Virus record (IMG/VR): IMGVR_UViG_3300042507_004023
DNA from: a virus
Length of the DNA: 64,000 nucleotides
Direction: 5' to 3' (one strand)
Part shown: positions 9,496 to 19,071 of the stretch, in pieces
How the letters are laid out: each line of letters begins with the position of its first letter
Position numbering within the stretch: position 1 is the stretch's first letter
The notes under the pieces: model-generated
What the model was told of the DNA's origin: nothing
What the model saw: the letters and a program-made list of their open reading frames with translations, nothing else
Database searches by the model: none
Made by a program: the position numbers and the translations under genes

Positions 9496-9747
9496 TCAAT
9501 AATCTCTCATGGTGTTTCTAGGATGCGCTTTCTTTATTTTTGAAATAACATCCTTGAAACCACCGTCAGGTCTTGTGATACCTAGACGCACAGGATCAAT
9601 CACTTGAATCGCTGCATCTAGTTTGATAACTTTCTTCTTTCCGCACTTCGGGCAAGGCTTCTTGGTAGGCTTGTTTCGATTTGCAATGGTTTGAAAATCG
9701 TCCCACACATGCTCGCATGCGTTGCATTTATAATCGTATAGAGGCAT
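9496..9747 (-). CDS. FmdB-family zinc-ribbon protein
   Basis: MPLYDYKCNACEH...PCPKCGKKKV signature. Confidence 0.85.
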   Translation of the reverse strand: MPLYDYKCNACEHVWDDFQTIANRNKPTKKPCPKCGKKKVIKLDAAIQVIDPVRLGITRPDGGFKDVISKIKKAHPRNTMRDY

Positions 9748-9759
9748 TCGGTATCCTAT

Positions 9760-10683
9760 TTATAACACTTGTCCTATTATACTACGATATTCAAACAATG
9801 CAAGATCTTTTGCTTTGGCTTCAATCATTACATCATAGGGCGTATTGCCCAAGTCTGGTATGCGTTGTTTAATGTAGTCGGAGTGTGCTTGAGGTCGCTT
9901 GCCTTCCGCAGATTCCGAATAGTGAATCTTTGGAATTTCACAAAACCCACCCCATGTGGAAAACGCCATATCAGCCGCTTCTTGCAAAGACTCTTTAGCA
10001 CAAAATCTGTGGTGATGAATATCCAATACTAGTTTCACGGTGCAATACTTTGCAACCTGCTTCAGTAGATCGGTCATACTCCACATGGAAGCCTTGTCGT
10101 CGTTCTCTAAGGTCAATCGTTTTTTAGTATGATCGGGCAATTTAGAAAAGTTTGCTAGAAACCTTTCTGCGGTTTCATGCTTGCCTTCATACACACCACC
10201 CATATGAATGTTTATAGCAAACTCGTCACCGTATCCCAACAGATCGCCAATCAGAGAGTGCATCTCAAGTGAAACGATAGACTTCCTGACAATTTCAAGG
10301 TTAGGACTAGCCAAACAAGTGTATGGGCCAGGATGACACGATAGACGAATGCCTGCGGCTTTAGCAATTCTGCCTGCTTCTGTGAAATTTCTTGTGATAC
10401 TTTCCTGATGATCTTCTCGCAGATGCCGCAAAGCATAGCCAATAGTCATATGATCCATGAACGGAAACATTTCGCTGCTGACACGAAACATCTTGATATT
10501 GTTATCGGCATTCCATTGCATGATCTTGACAAGATCGGCAGCATTCTTTGCTGCCAGATCGCCACAGCGTTCCAAACTAAAGTTGGACATCCGCAAGGTT
10601 CTGCTTGTGGTGATCTGATCTTTCTTTTTCAAGCCTTGATTCATCGTTAGATTTACACAGGCGTATCCGATATTGCGTATCAT
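9760..10683 (-). CDS. uvsE: UV damage endonuclease (UvdE/UvsE family)
   Basis: IGYACVN, MFRVSS, RLSCHPGPYTCLAS, INIHMGG, RLTLENDD, LVLDIHHH, PKIHYSES, HSDY, DVMIEAKAKDLA; GGAGA SD before ATG at 10683. Confidence 0.93.
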   Translation of the reverse strand: MIRNIGYACVNLTMNQGLKKKDQITTSRTLRMSNFSLERCGDLAAKNAADLVKIMQWNADNNIKMFRVSSEMFPFMDHMTIGYALRHLREDHQESITRNFTEAGRIAKAAGIRLSCHPGPYTCLASPNLEIVRKSIVSLEMHSLIGDLLGYGDEFAINIHMGGVYEGKHETAERFLANFSKLPDHTKKRLTLENDDKASMWSMTDLLKQVAKYCTVKLVLDIHHHRFCAKESLQEAADMAFSTWGGFCEIPKIHYSESAEGKRPQAHSDYIKQRIPDLGNTPYDVMIEAKAKDLALFEYRSIIGQVL

Positions 10684-10702
10684 GCTTTCTCCAATATAAC
10701 AC

Positions 10703-10725
10703 AAAAGCCTTGCGTGAGCAAGGCT
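10703..10725 (-). terminator. Rho-independent terminator (minus strand)
   Basis: AGCCTTGC-loop-GCAAGGCT hairpin followed by a T run on the minus strand. Confidence 0.65.
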
Positions 10726-10754
10726 AATGTGGCAAGAATCACACCCGTAAGTTT

Positions 10755-10997
10755 TTAATCATCGTCCCTGTCGGGAGCGGAGCCGTCGTCTTCATCATCG
10801 AAGTAGAAATTTGGATCTTCTTCTTCAATTTCATCCATCTGTTCTGCGTATTCCTGATCCGGCTCGTCAGGATTGTGCTCGCTTCCATATTCATCAGAAT
10901 CCTGATGCTCATCATCATCGTAAGCCCCCTCATCGGGATCCGGCGAACTTGCAAGATAGTAGTTTTCGTAAAAATCGTCAGGGTTGTAGATCGACAT
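10755..10997 (-). CDS. Extremely acidic small protein
   Basis: 80 aa, about 34 Asp/Glu and one Arg; directly after the 11000-11224 ORF. Confidence 0.7.
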   Translation of the reverse strand: MSIYNPDDFYENYYLASSPDPDEGAYDDDEHQDSDEYGSEHNPDEPDQEYAEQMDEIEEEDPNFYFDDEDDGSAPDRDDD

Positions 10998-10999
10998 GA

Positions 11000-11224
11000 T
11001 TACTTGTTCTTTCGATTAGGCTGTGCGGTAACTTCAAGATCACTTGTCTTGACCCAATGTTGAACATACGGATAAGTATCTTCAATAGTCTCGGGATCGT
11101 GAACAGAAACTAGATACTGCGCTCCATAACGAGGATCGCGCTCAACGCGAACAATCATACCTGCTCGCTCCATACTGTGAACCCAAACCTTAGTGCCGGG
11201 AGTGTAAACTTCTTCAGTTGTCAT
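11000..11224 (-). CDS. Small SH3/KOW-like hypothetical protein
   Basis: YTPGTKVWVHSMERAGMIVRVE..YLVSV pattern; downstream of a minus-strand early promoter. Confidence 0.6.
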   Translation of the reverse strand: MTTEEVYTPGTKVWVHSMERAGMIVRVERDPRYGAQYLVSVHDPETIEDTYPYVQHWVKTSDLEVTAQPNRKNK

Positions 11225-11284
11225 TGTGTTTATTAATAAAAATGGTAGGCGACCACAAGCCGCCAAGTAACGCTTGATGCCAAC

Positions 11285-11343
11285 AATATACTACACCAAA
11301 AAGTTTTGTCAAGGGTTGACACAGAAAAAATCCATGTTACTAT
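11285..11343. promoter_or_regulatory. Divergent sigma70-like promoters: TTGACA-N16-TATATT (minus) and TTGACA-N16-TACTAT (plus)
   Basis: Central TGTCAAGGGTTGACA inverted pair of -35 boxes, each with a -10 box. Confidence 0.75.
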
Positions 11344-11352
11344 CGTATCGCC

Positions 11353-12483
11353 ATGAGCAAAAAAATTGAACAACAGTATTGGGGCGAAGAGCCCCCTTGG
11401 GACGATCTTCCTAAAAATCCTGAAGATGTGCGTGTAGCCACTCGTTATTGCAGGGCTATTCAGTGGTATCACAATATGGCTGATGAAGCCGATTATAAAA
11501 AGTGGGTCATGGAGTGGATGACTAAAAATAAATATTCCGCCGCAAACATCAGTTTTGTAAAAAGACTTTCTGATGTGAGCATCTACCCCGACGATGTGGA
11601 GGGTCTTCGTTTGGGTATGACAGTTGGCCCCATTGCTCGTATGCTTACGCTTGGGGCTCCACTATATCCACAACAGATTGCGGATTTGAAAAAGTGCGTG
11701 GCTCACCTTATCTCTAAAGGCAAGCAGGTGCGCGAAGAACTCGCTTCTTCAGGCAGACCTAGTGTTCGTGACCATGTGCGTGAACAAGTGCGTGACATGA
11801 TAGAAGAGATGGAACTAGTGGTAGACAAGATTCTCGCAGGAGAAAAGGTGATTTGGAAGCCCGAAGAGTTTATTAAAGATCATAACATCAAGCCGATGCA
11901 GTCTACCATGATTGCCGAATGGTTTGGTAAGCAGACTAGCGATATTGATTCGATTCTTGAGGGGACTGCTGATGAGCAGTTAAAAGAAGGATATTCTTTG
12001 TTCAAGAAGCCCGTGCTTAGACGGTATCAGGAATGGCTTAAGAGCGTTCTGGATGCGTTCCGTCAGGTAAAGCGGGCTGCACCACCTATTCGCCGTGTAA
12101 AGCGTCGTAAGCCGCCCCTAGAGCGTGTAAAGCGAATGCGTTGGAAGAAGGAAGACCCTGATTTGGGTATCACTTCTATTCATCCTTCACGCATAATTGG
12201 TGCTTCCAAGGTGGTGCTGTTCAATATCAAAGCACGAGTTGTCACCCTTTTGGAGGCGGAAACGGTAGACGGATTAGATGTAGACGGCACTTCTGTTCGT
12301 GGATTTGATCCTAAAAGCAGTAAGAGCAAGAAGGTTCGTAAGCCAAAAGAGTTCTTGAAGGACACTAAAGGCGATATCGGTATTCGTGCGTTCAAAAACG
12401 CCTTTGATGCGTTAAAAACTGAAGAACACGAGGCTAGTGGAAGAACCAACGAAGAAACTATAATTTTAATTGTCTACAAGTAA
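11353..12483 (+). CDS. Conserved hypothetical protein of T4-like phages
   Basis: 376-aa ORF; C-terminal SIHPSRIIGASKVVLFNIKAR...KKVRKPKEFL...GRTNEETIIL resembles a recurrent T4-like family. Confidence 0.7.
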   Translation: MSKKIEQQYWGEEPPWDDLPKNPEDVRVATRYCRAIQWYHNMADEADYKKWVMEWMTKNKYSAANISFVKRLSDVSIYPDDVEGLRLGMTVGPIARMLTLGAPLYPQQIADLKKCVAHLISKGKQVREELASSGRPSVRDHVREQVRDMIEEMELVVDKILAGEKVIWKPEEFIKDHNIKPMQSTMIAEWFGKQTSDIDSILEGTADEQLKEGYSLFKKPVLRRYQEWLKSVLDAFRQVKRAAPPIRRVKRRKPPLERVKRMRWKKEDPDLGITSIHPSRIIGASKVVLFNIKARVVTLLEAETVDGLDVDGTSVRGFDPKSSKSKKVRKPKEFLKDTKGDIGIRAFKNAFDALKTEEHEASGRTNEETIILIVYK

Positions 12484-12528
12484 TTAGCATGCTAAATATT
12501 AGAGTCCTATGAATAGGAGTAAAACACA

Positions 12529-12960
12529 ATGCGATCTTTGATTAGTGAGGTTCTAGAAGAAGTCTCACAGGCTAATACTGAAGAACAAAAAATCAGTATT
12601 CTTAGAAAAAATTATTCTCCCGCTTTGGAAGATGTTTTCCAATGGGCGTATAATCCAAACATACAACTGTTTACAAACAAAATTCCTCCGTATACACCAG
12701 ATCAATCCCCTGATGGGTTGTCTTTAACCACTCTCTACTCCGAACATAAAAGATTTTATATGTTCCTGAAAGAGTCGCGTATAACAGAAGAACGAAAGAC
12801 TATTCTTTTAATTCAAATGCTTGAGGCTTTGGGTGTAAACGAAGCCAAAGTTCTTGAGTATATCGTAACAAAAAATATTCCTAGTGTTAGTAAAGAACTT
12901 GTAGAAAAGGCTTATCCAAATCTTTTCACAAGACCCGTTAAAATTCCTATGGAGGCATAA
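12529..12960 (+). CDS. Conserved hypothetical protein of T4-like phages
   Basis: LISEVLEEVS...KISILRKNYSPAL...PPYTP...FIQMLEAL-like motif; CTAAATA at 12492 and AGGAG SD. Confidence 0.7.
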   Translation: MRSLISEVLEEVSQANTEEQKISILRKNYSPALEDVFQWAYNPNIQLFTNKIPPYTPDQSPDGLSLTTLYSEHKRFYMFLKESRITEERKTILLIQMLEALGVNEAKVLEYIVTKNIPSVSKELVEKAYPNLFTRPVKIPMEA

Positions 12961-12965
12961 TAACA

Positions 12966-13142
12966 ATGGGACGATCTCAAGATTATAATGAGTGGGAAGA
13001 CCGTATTTCCCGAAAGAATCGCAAAGCAGAAACTAGAAAAAATCGTAAGCGTGTCAATTCAAATGAACTGATGGAGCGTTACGGTCGCAACAATGATGAC
13101 GATGATTTGTATAACGAAGGCGAAAAGTTCCACCATCGTTAA
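12966..13142 (+). CDS. Small charged hypothetical protein (58 aa, not in ORF track)
   Basis: MGRSQDYNEWEDRISRKNRK...; GGAGG SD upstream. Confidence 0.6.
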   Translation: MGRSQDYNEWEDRISRKNRKAETRKNRKRVNSNELMERYGRNNDDDDLYNEGEKFHHR

Positions 13143-13184
13143 CTAAATAAACGGCTAACGCCACTTACATAAATGGAGAATAAA

Positions 13185-14345
13185 ATGGCTGATAATGCTA
13201 CTGCTAAGAAAAAGGTTTCGTTATGCATGATTGTAAAGAACGAATCCCGAGTTATCGAAAGATGTTTGGCTTCGGTTCTTCCGGTGATTGATTATTGGGT
13301 TATTGTTGATACTGGCTCAACCGATGGAACTCAAGAGAAGATCAAGAAGTTTTTTGATAATGTGGGAATTCCTGGAGAACTCCATGAGCGTCCGTGGAAG
13401 AACTTTGGACACAATCGTTCCGAGGCTCTTGAACTTGCTCACAAGAACAATGATATTGATTACTGCTTGATGATCGACTCGGATGAAGTTCTTCAATTTG
13501 ATCCAGGCTTTGATCCAGATAAGTTCAAGGAAGGGTTGACCGCAGATCTTTATAATGTGTTTGCTTTCTACGGCAATACTCGTTACCATCGTCCACAATT
13601 GACCAGCAATAAGTTGCGGTATTATTACCGTGGTGTTCTTCACGAGTATGTGGATTGCCATGATGAAGTAAAGACTCGTGATTTTGCCAAGGGATTCACA
13701 AACACTCCTATTCAAGACGGTGCTCGTTCTCAGAATCCAACCAAGTATGCGGACGATGCCAAGATGTTTGAAGAAGCCTTGAAGGGCGAGGTTGATCCTA
13801 AGGATTTCAATCGTTACCACTTCTACCTAGCACAGTCATACCGTGACTCGCAGCAATGGGAAAAGTCTCTTGAAGCATACCTCAAGAGAGCAAATCTTGG
13901 CGGATGGAACGAGGAAGTGTTTTATAGCCTGTTCCAAGTTGGCAGAATTCGTGAAATTCTAAAGCACTCAATTGATGATATTGTGGCTTCATACTGGCAA
14001 GCCTATCAGATTGCTCCGTGGAGAGCGGAAAGTCTTTGGGCTGCTGCACGAGTTTGTCGTATCGCAGGCAGATTCGATCAGGCTTACCGCTTCTCCAAGC
14101 AGGCGGTAAAGATCAAATATCCTGAAGGTGCTCTGTTTGTGGCACAGCCTGTATACGATTGGATGATTCTAGACGAATACGCTATTGCCGCTTATTGGAC
14201 AGAAAACTATCGTGAGGCACGAAATGCTTCCATGAAACTCCTTCAGGAGGGTAAGTTCCCGCCAGATCAGAAGGAAAGACTAGAAGCAAATCTTAAATTT
14301 TCTACCGAGGCTATCGTCAATCAAAGCGAAACCGTCACGGCTTGA
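13185..14345 (+). CDS. GT2-family glycosyltransferase with C-terminal TPR repeats
   Basis: VSLCMIVKNESRVIERCLASV, IVDTGSTDGT, W.NFGHNRSEAL, DSDE (DxD), YRGVLHEY, FYLAQSYRD TPR; late promoter at 13143. Confidence 0.9.
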   Translation: MADNATAKKKVSLCMIVKNESRVIERCLASVLPVIDYWVIVDTGSTDGTQEKIKKFFDNVGIPGELHERPWKNFGHNRSEALELAHKNNDIDYCLMIDSDEVLQFDPGFDPDKFKEGLTADLYNVFAFYGNTRYHRPQLTSNKLRYYYRGVLHEYVDCHDEVKTRDFAKGFTNTPIQDGARSQNPTKYADDAKMFEEALKGEVDPKDFNRYHFYLAQSYRDSQQWEKSLEAYLKRANLGGWNEEVFYSLFQVGRIREILKHSIDDIVASYWQAYQIAPWRAESLWAAARVCRIAGRFDQAYRFSKQAVKIKYPEGALFVAQPVYDWMILDEYAIAAYWTENYREARNASMKLLQEGKFPPDQKERLEANLKFSTEAIVNQSETVTA

Positions 14346-14367
14346 TTTAAATCTAAAATCAGTAAAG

Positions 14368-14393
14368 AAGCGACTCTTCCGGGTCGCTTTTTT
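14368..14393 (+). terminator. Rho-independent terminator
   Basis: AAGCGACTC-TTCC-GGGTCGCTT followed by T run. Confidence 0.8.
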
Positions 14394-14454
14394 ATTTTGC
14401 CACTTATGAATCGTGCTAAATAGCATGTAGCAAGCAGAAGAGGATGCCTCAAAT

Positions 14455-17400
14455 ATGCCAAATTTTAGATCAAATCGTTATTACAACACGATCTATATTC
14501 AGCCCACTCCCAACGAAGTCGGCTTAAGTGATATCTACACCCAACCTGGTCACGGGCTAGAGCCTGGAACCGCTGTATATCTTGACTCTGCTAGCGGCAA
14601 TCTGTTGCCCGCTATCGCATCCTCTTTGACAAGATCCACAGTTTTAGGCATTGTTCAATCTGTTAACGGCAATGATGTAACAGTCGTTTACCAAGGGGAA
14701 GTTACATTTCCGGCAGGAGCAACCTCTAATGTAACCAGTTTCCCTCTGTTAACAGGCAACACCTACTATCTGTCTGCCTCTGTAACAGGCGGTATTACTG
14801 CGGGATACAACACCACAGTTTCAAGCATTATTAAACCGTTACTGATTCCTGTTTCAGGATATCAGGGTGTAATTGTAAATTCACTACCTCTGTCATCAGC
14901 ACCATTGGTTTCTCTGTTTACCCCAGTTGGTAGCATTGTTCCCTACACAGGTGGTGGTTCAAATCTGCCAGAAGGTTGGTTGTTGTGTGCAGGTGATGCA
15001 TTATCTAAAGCGTCACAAGATCCACCGTATTCCACACTTTACGATATTATCGGTGAGAAGTATGGAGTTCTAGGCGTTTCTGTATCTTCAACCACAGGAA
15101 ATACTGCCTACATTCGATTTGATGGCTCGGTTGATGATCCGCCAGCATCAGGCCCCGGATCTACAAAAAATCACAGCATTGAAAACAACGATGTTTTCAA
15201 GATGATTTGGGGTTCCAATGAAACTGTTGTTCAGGCTTATTCTGCAACAGGCACAACTCATAATGTAACCTTTAAATACCTTGCAGCGGTTACTGGTAGC
15301 ACATCATTCAATTCGCTAGGTGACGGCACAGAGATTACCCTAAAGGCATTGGTGAATGGAGAAGCCGCAGGATACACATCCGATAAATTCTTCATCCCCG
15401 ATTTGAGAGGTCGTGTTGCTATAGGAGCAGGCAAGGGTCGTGGATTGTCGAGCCGTAATGTGGGCGTGTTTGGTGGTGAAGAAACTCACACATTGACCAA
15501 TGCGGAACTTCCTTCCCACTCTCACAACATACAACTTTTGAATTCAGAAGGAATTTCTGGAACGGCTTCATACCTGTTAAGCATAACGGGTGGTGTTGGA
15601 ACAGTGCAAGCCACTCTATCTTCTTTCCCGCAAGGTCAGCCTGTGGTCAGCAGTGCTACAGGTGGAGCAGAAGATCACGAGAACATGTCTCCATTCTTGA
15701 CCACGAATTGGATTATTCGGTATCGCTCTAGCGCAGGTCAAGCAGGTATTGAAGTTGGGCCTCAAGGCAAAGCAGGTGTAACTGGTGCTCAAGGCATTCA
15801 AGGTGTAACTGGCTCTAGGGGTGCTACCGGTGGAACTGGCTACGCTTTAGGTGCAATGCACTACACTTACACAACTGTTACTAATGTGCCACCAGGATAT
15901 TTTAACCCGTTTGTAACCACGGGTGTTGTGGACACTTCATCTGGAACTCCCGTAGTCACTTTTACTCCAAACATTGTGATTAGTGCAAACGAATACTACG
16001 GAGCGGAAGTTGGCAACTATATTGTAGCCTCGATGAGTAACAACAATTCGCAACGACAAGCACTTGCAATTGTTCGTTCCATGAGAGATCCAAGCGGCTT
16101 CTTTGGTGTTTACGCTCTCAAGAATCCGTATACAGTTGTAAGTCTTACAGGGCCCGATGCTGTTCCCGCCCCGTCAACAGATACTCCTCCTCCAGCGGCA
16201 CAATACGATCCTGCCGCAGGAATCAGTTACTATCGTTTACCAATCAAGGCAACTCTTGCGGCAAGTGGAAATTATGTGGCAGGAGAAATGTATTCCATAA
16301 TTCTTGTTCCTAGTGCAAGTGATGGCTCGCCAGGAGCAAAAGGTGCAACTGGAGCCAGAGGCGCAACAGGCGAAAGTGTTAATGCCGGACTTTTAACTTA
16401 TTATTATGCTGGAGACCAACTTTTAGACTTGGGCGCAAGTGGACAACCTGGAGATAAAGGCATTCTTTCATATTATACTAATGGATCTTGGTTCTTTACT
16501 AATAAAGACTACTTTGGAAATGATGCTTCTTCATTGTTTGAAACAATTGGTCAAGCAAATCTTTATCAAACTTCTTCGGGTATAACTGGAACAAGGCAGA
16601 GAAACGGTGTTCAGATGACTATTCGCTCATTGAGCGAAACTGGATCTCGATATCTACAAACTTTCTACCTTAGTGGAAATTATGTTAAAAACACCACTAG
16701 TCCTGGAGGAACTGCTTACTACATGTTGGAAGGAAATCCAGGCTCAACCGCTTCAGGTAGTGCTGGTGGATTGCTTCCAGGAACTTTGTATGGTATTTCT
16801 CTTAATCCAATGGCGATTAAAGATGGAACAGGATACAAACAAGACGGAAGTGAAACTACGATTGTAATTACAGACGATACTGGAGTTGATGTGGATTCTG
16901 CTGTGGCAGATGATGATAGCACTGTTATATCTGAACTCGCAGCATCTGATCCGCTAACATATCAGTATCCGTATGGAGCATCTAAAGATATTGCAGAACC
17001 TACAAGTGGCCCAAGTCTGTTTAACGCGATGGAAGGATCATATTCTTCTCGCAGATTTAACAGTTTAAGCACATCTCCAGTTTGGGCTCAGTTGTCTGTT
17101 AAAAATTCATTCAACTATAATCTATCCTTGACTTCTCAGCCGTGTGGTGGCAATTGCCAAGGTGGAAGTGGTTACATTGCTCTTTGTGATATTGTTCGTG
17201 ATCCTGATGTGGGAAATTACTACACTGCACCCCGAGCAACAAACATTCTTTTGGCTAAAACTTCAGCAAACACGGTTATAGATTCAAATGTAACTCAAGT
17301 TGTTGACGGTTGCTCGGTAAACATCTACGGAGGAACTGGCGCGTATTTCTCCAAAGTTCCTGTCGGAATTTCTGCAAATTATATGAATACAGGCGGAGAA

Positions 17401-18561
17401 ACTGGCAGAAACACCTTGGTGGTTGATGTTTACATGAACACCAACAATGTTGTGGCTGGAAACTACATTGGTATTCGTCCAGAATACTTTAATCTTGCTC
17501 TAACAGCAGATGCAACCGGACATCAATCTCTTGCTGGAATTTACAAAGTAGACTCTGTTTCTACCGATAAAGTTCGTGTCCACACTAGTGTTCCGTTTGG
17601 AGCAAGTGGTTCGTCTGTTTTCACAGGATACATTACTGGTGGAATTAGTGGCGATTTTAATCGAGTAGATGTGTATACCGTATCAGTAAATTTCAAAGAC
17701 TGTTCGGGATACATTGTAAATTCTGGTGAACTTACACTAGGATTATCTTCTTACGGATTGCCTTTCGTAGTCTCGTTCGAGGGAACCACTTCTGATTCTC
17801 AAACAGCAAAGGCAATAAGTGTTATTAACTCTGGATTTGTAGAAGTTGGAGAAAATGTGGCATTCTACGGATGGCCCGCATATGGAGCCGCACTCTATGC
17901 GGCATCATCAGGAAATTTAAAGGCAGATAATCCAATCGTATCAAAATGCGGGCATGCCGTTGTTGCGAAAGATGGTGGAGTTATTGATATTGCCAACCCA
18001 ATATTAACAGCAAACACATACGGAATGTATTCAAGAAGTGGTGGGTCAATACATGTTATGAATTTTGGTAACAGTCCATCTTTTACAACAGTAGTAAACA
18101 ATGCTGTTATGGGAGTTCTTGATAGTGGTATAATTGAAATCGAAGACAGTAGAGCAAATCTAATGTCCAACAGATTCCAATCTGGATTCTACTTCGGAGG
18201 AAACTCTAGTTTCTTTGCAGGCGCAGGCCCAGAGTCAGCGGGATTGACTGGAGCAACTGGATTGAGTTCAATCTTTACTAGTTCTACAGGTGGAGCAACA
18301 GGCACAAGTGGAAACACTGGTGGATCTAGTTTCTTTATACCATCTCCTGATTCCGCTGGAGAAGCAGAACTAACTTATGGATTTGGTGTTGTTGGAGTTA
18401 GTCAAACAGGCAACTCTTCACTTCGTGCTTCCACAAAAAACACAACTTCAGGAGTGAATCGTCAAATATACACAAGTCCAATAGTTGCTGGCGCTAAAGC
18501 CCCAAATTTTGGATTCCCAAGAATAGGTGTAGTAAATCCACCAATAGAAGGCAATTATTGA
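14455..18561 (+). CDS. Large fibre protein with tail-collar domain, collagen-like repeats and probable beta-helix C-terminus
   Basis: PVGSIVPYTG..LPEGWLLCAG, FFIPDLRGRVAIGAG, GGEETHTLTNAELPSHSH (collar); GXY triplets; Ser/Thr/Gly-rich; CTAAATA at 14416. Confidence 0.82.
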   Translation: MPNFRSNRYYNTIYIQPTPNEVGLSDIYTQPGHGLEPGTAVYLDSASGNLLPAIASSLTRSTVLGIVQSVNGNDVTVVYQGEVTFPAGATSNVTSFPLLTGNTYYLSASVTGGITAGYNTTVSSIIKPLLIPVSGYQGVIVNSLPLSSAPLVSLFTPVGSIVPYTGGGSNLPEGWLLCAGDALSKASQDPPYSTLYDIIGEKYGVLGVSVSSTTGNTAYIRFDGSVDDPPASGPGSTKNHSIENNDVFKMIWGSNETVVQAYSATGTTHNVTFKYLAAVTGSTSFNSLGDGTEITLKALVNGEAAGYTSDKFFIPDLRGRVAIGAGKGRGLSSRNVGVFGGEETHTLTNAELPSHSHNIQLLNSEGISGTASYLLSITGGVGTVQATLSSFPQGQPVVSSATGGAEDHENMSPFLTTNWIIRYRSSAGQAGIEVGPQGKAGVTGAQGIQGVTGSRGATGGTGYALGAMHYTYTTVTNVPPGYFNPFVTTGVVDTSSGTPVVTFTPNIVISANEYYGAEVGNYIVASMSNNNSQRQALAIVRSMRDPSGFFGVYALKNPYTVVSLTGPDAVPAPSTDTPPPAAQYDPAAGISYYRLPIKATLAASGNYVAGEMYSIILVPSASDGSPGAKGATGARGATGESVNAGLLTYYYAGDQLLDLGASGQPGDKGILSYYTNGSWFFTNKDYFGNDASSLFETIGQANLYQTSSGITGTRQRNGVQMTIRSLSETGSRYLQTFYLSGNYVKNTTSPGGTAYYMLEGNPGSTASGSAGGLLPGTLYGISLNPMAIKDGTGYKQDGSETTIVITDDTGVDVDSAVADDDSTVISELAASDPLTYQYPYGASKDIAEPTSGPSLFNAMEGSYSSRRFNSLSTSPVWAQLSVKNSFNYNLSLTSQPCGGNCQGGSGYIALCDIVRDPDVGNYYTAPRATNILLAKTSANTVIDSNVTQVVDGCSVNIYGGTGAYFSKVPVGISANYMNTGGETGRNTLVVDVYMNTNNVVAGNYIGIRPEYFNLALTADATGHQSLAGIYKVDSVSTDKVRVHTSVPFGASGSSVFTGYITGGISGDFNRVDVYTVSVNFKDCSGYIVNSGELTLGLSSYGLPFVVSFEGTTSDSQTAKAISVINSGFVEVGENVAFYGWPAYGAALYAASSGNLKADNPIVSKCGHAVVAKDGGVIDIANPILTANTYGMYSRSGGSIHVMNFGNSPSFTTVVNNAVMGVLDSGIIEIEDSRANLMSNRFQSGFYFGGNSSFFAGAGPESAGLTGATGLSSIFTSSTGGATGTSGNTGGSSFFIPSPDSAGEAELTYGFGVVGVSQTGNSSLRASTKNTTSGVNRQIYTSPIVAGAKAPNFGFPRIGVVNPPIEGNY

Positions 18562-18564
18562 TCC

Positions 18565-19071
18565 ATGAAATTTGAACGATTAGAATCGGGCGACTTTATG
18601 ATTGATGGAGTTCTTGTTAGACGACAAGTATTTTTTATGCTTGAACCGCACTATTCTGAACCCATGAATACGATACACATGAAATATGAACAAGGTGTTG
18701 GTAGAATTATAACCACCACAGAAAAACAGTATCGTATTGATGGAGTATGGGAAGAAGGAGATCGTTATTTCCGTCGCCTATACGATTTCAAGAAGGCTAG
18801 CGGAATTGTGGAAACACAAATAAATCAAGAACTAGCAGAAACTAACGCTTTAATGAAGTCGGTTGAAGAAAAATCGTATAGAGATTCCCGTCGAGACGAA
18901 TACCCACCCCTAACAGACTTGGTTGTTGCTTTATGGGAAAATTTAGTGGAAAAGAAGTCTAAAAAAGACTCAGGTGTTGAAGCAATTCAAAAACTGAGGA
19001 AAGCCATAAAGTCTAAATATCCTACGGAGAATGCCGATGCCCTCAGTGAGGACGAGACAGAAACTGATTGA
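18565..19071 (+). CDS. Hypothetical fibre-associated protein
   Basis: YRDSRRDEYPPLTDLVVALWE...IKSKYP resembles small proteins adjacent to phage fibre genes. Confidence 0.55.
   Translation: MKFERLESGDFMIDGVLVRRQVFFMLEPHYSEPMNTIHMKYEQGVGRIITTTEKQYRIDGVWEEGDRYFRRLYDFKKASGIVETQINQELAETNALMKSVEEKSYRDSRRDEYPPLTDLVVALWENLVEKKSKKDSGVEAIQKLRKAIKSKYPTENADALSEDETETD

Noticed and set aside
12529-12960. MRSLISEVLEE as another capsid-targeting leader
   Set aside because: Lacks the MK(S/T)F pattern and looks like the ordinary N-terminus of a conserved T4-like family
15757-16375. DNA-level repeats in the fibre gene as DGR template/variable regions
   Set aside because: They are collagen GXY codons; no reverse transcriptase or adenine-specific variant pair is present in the window
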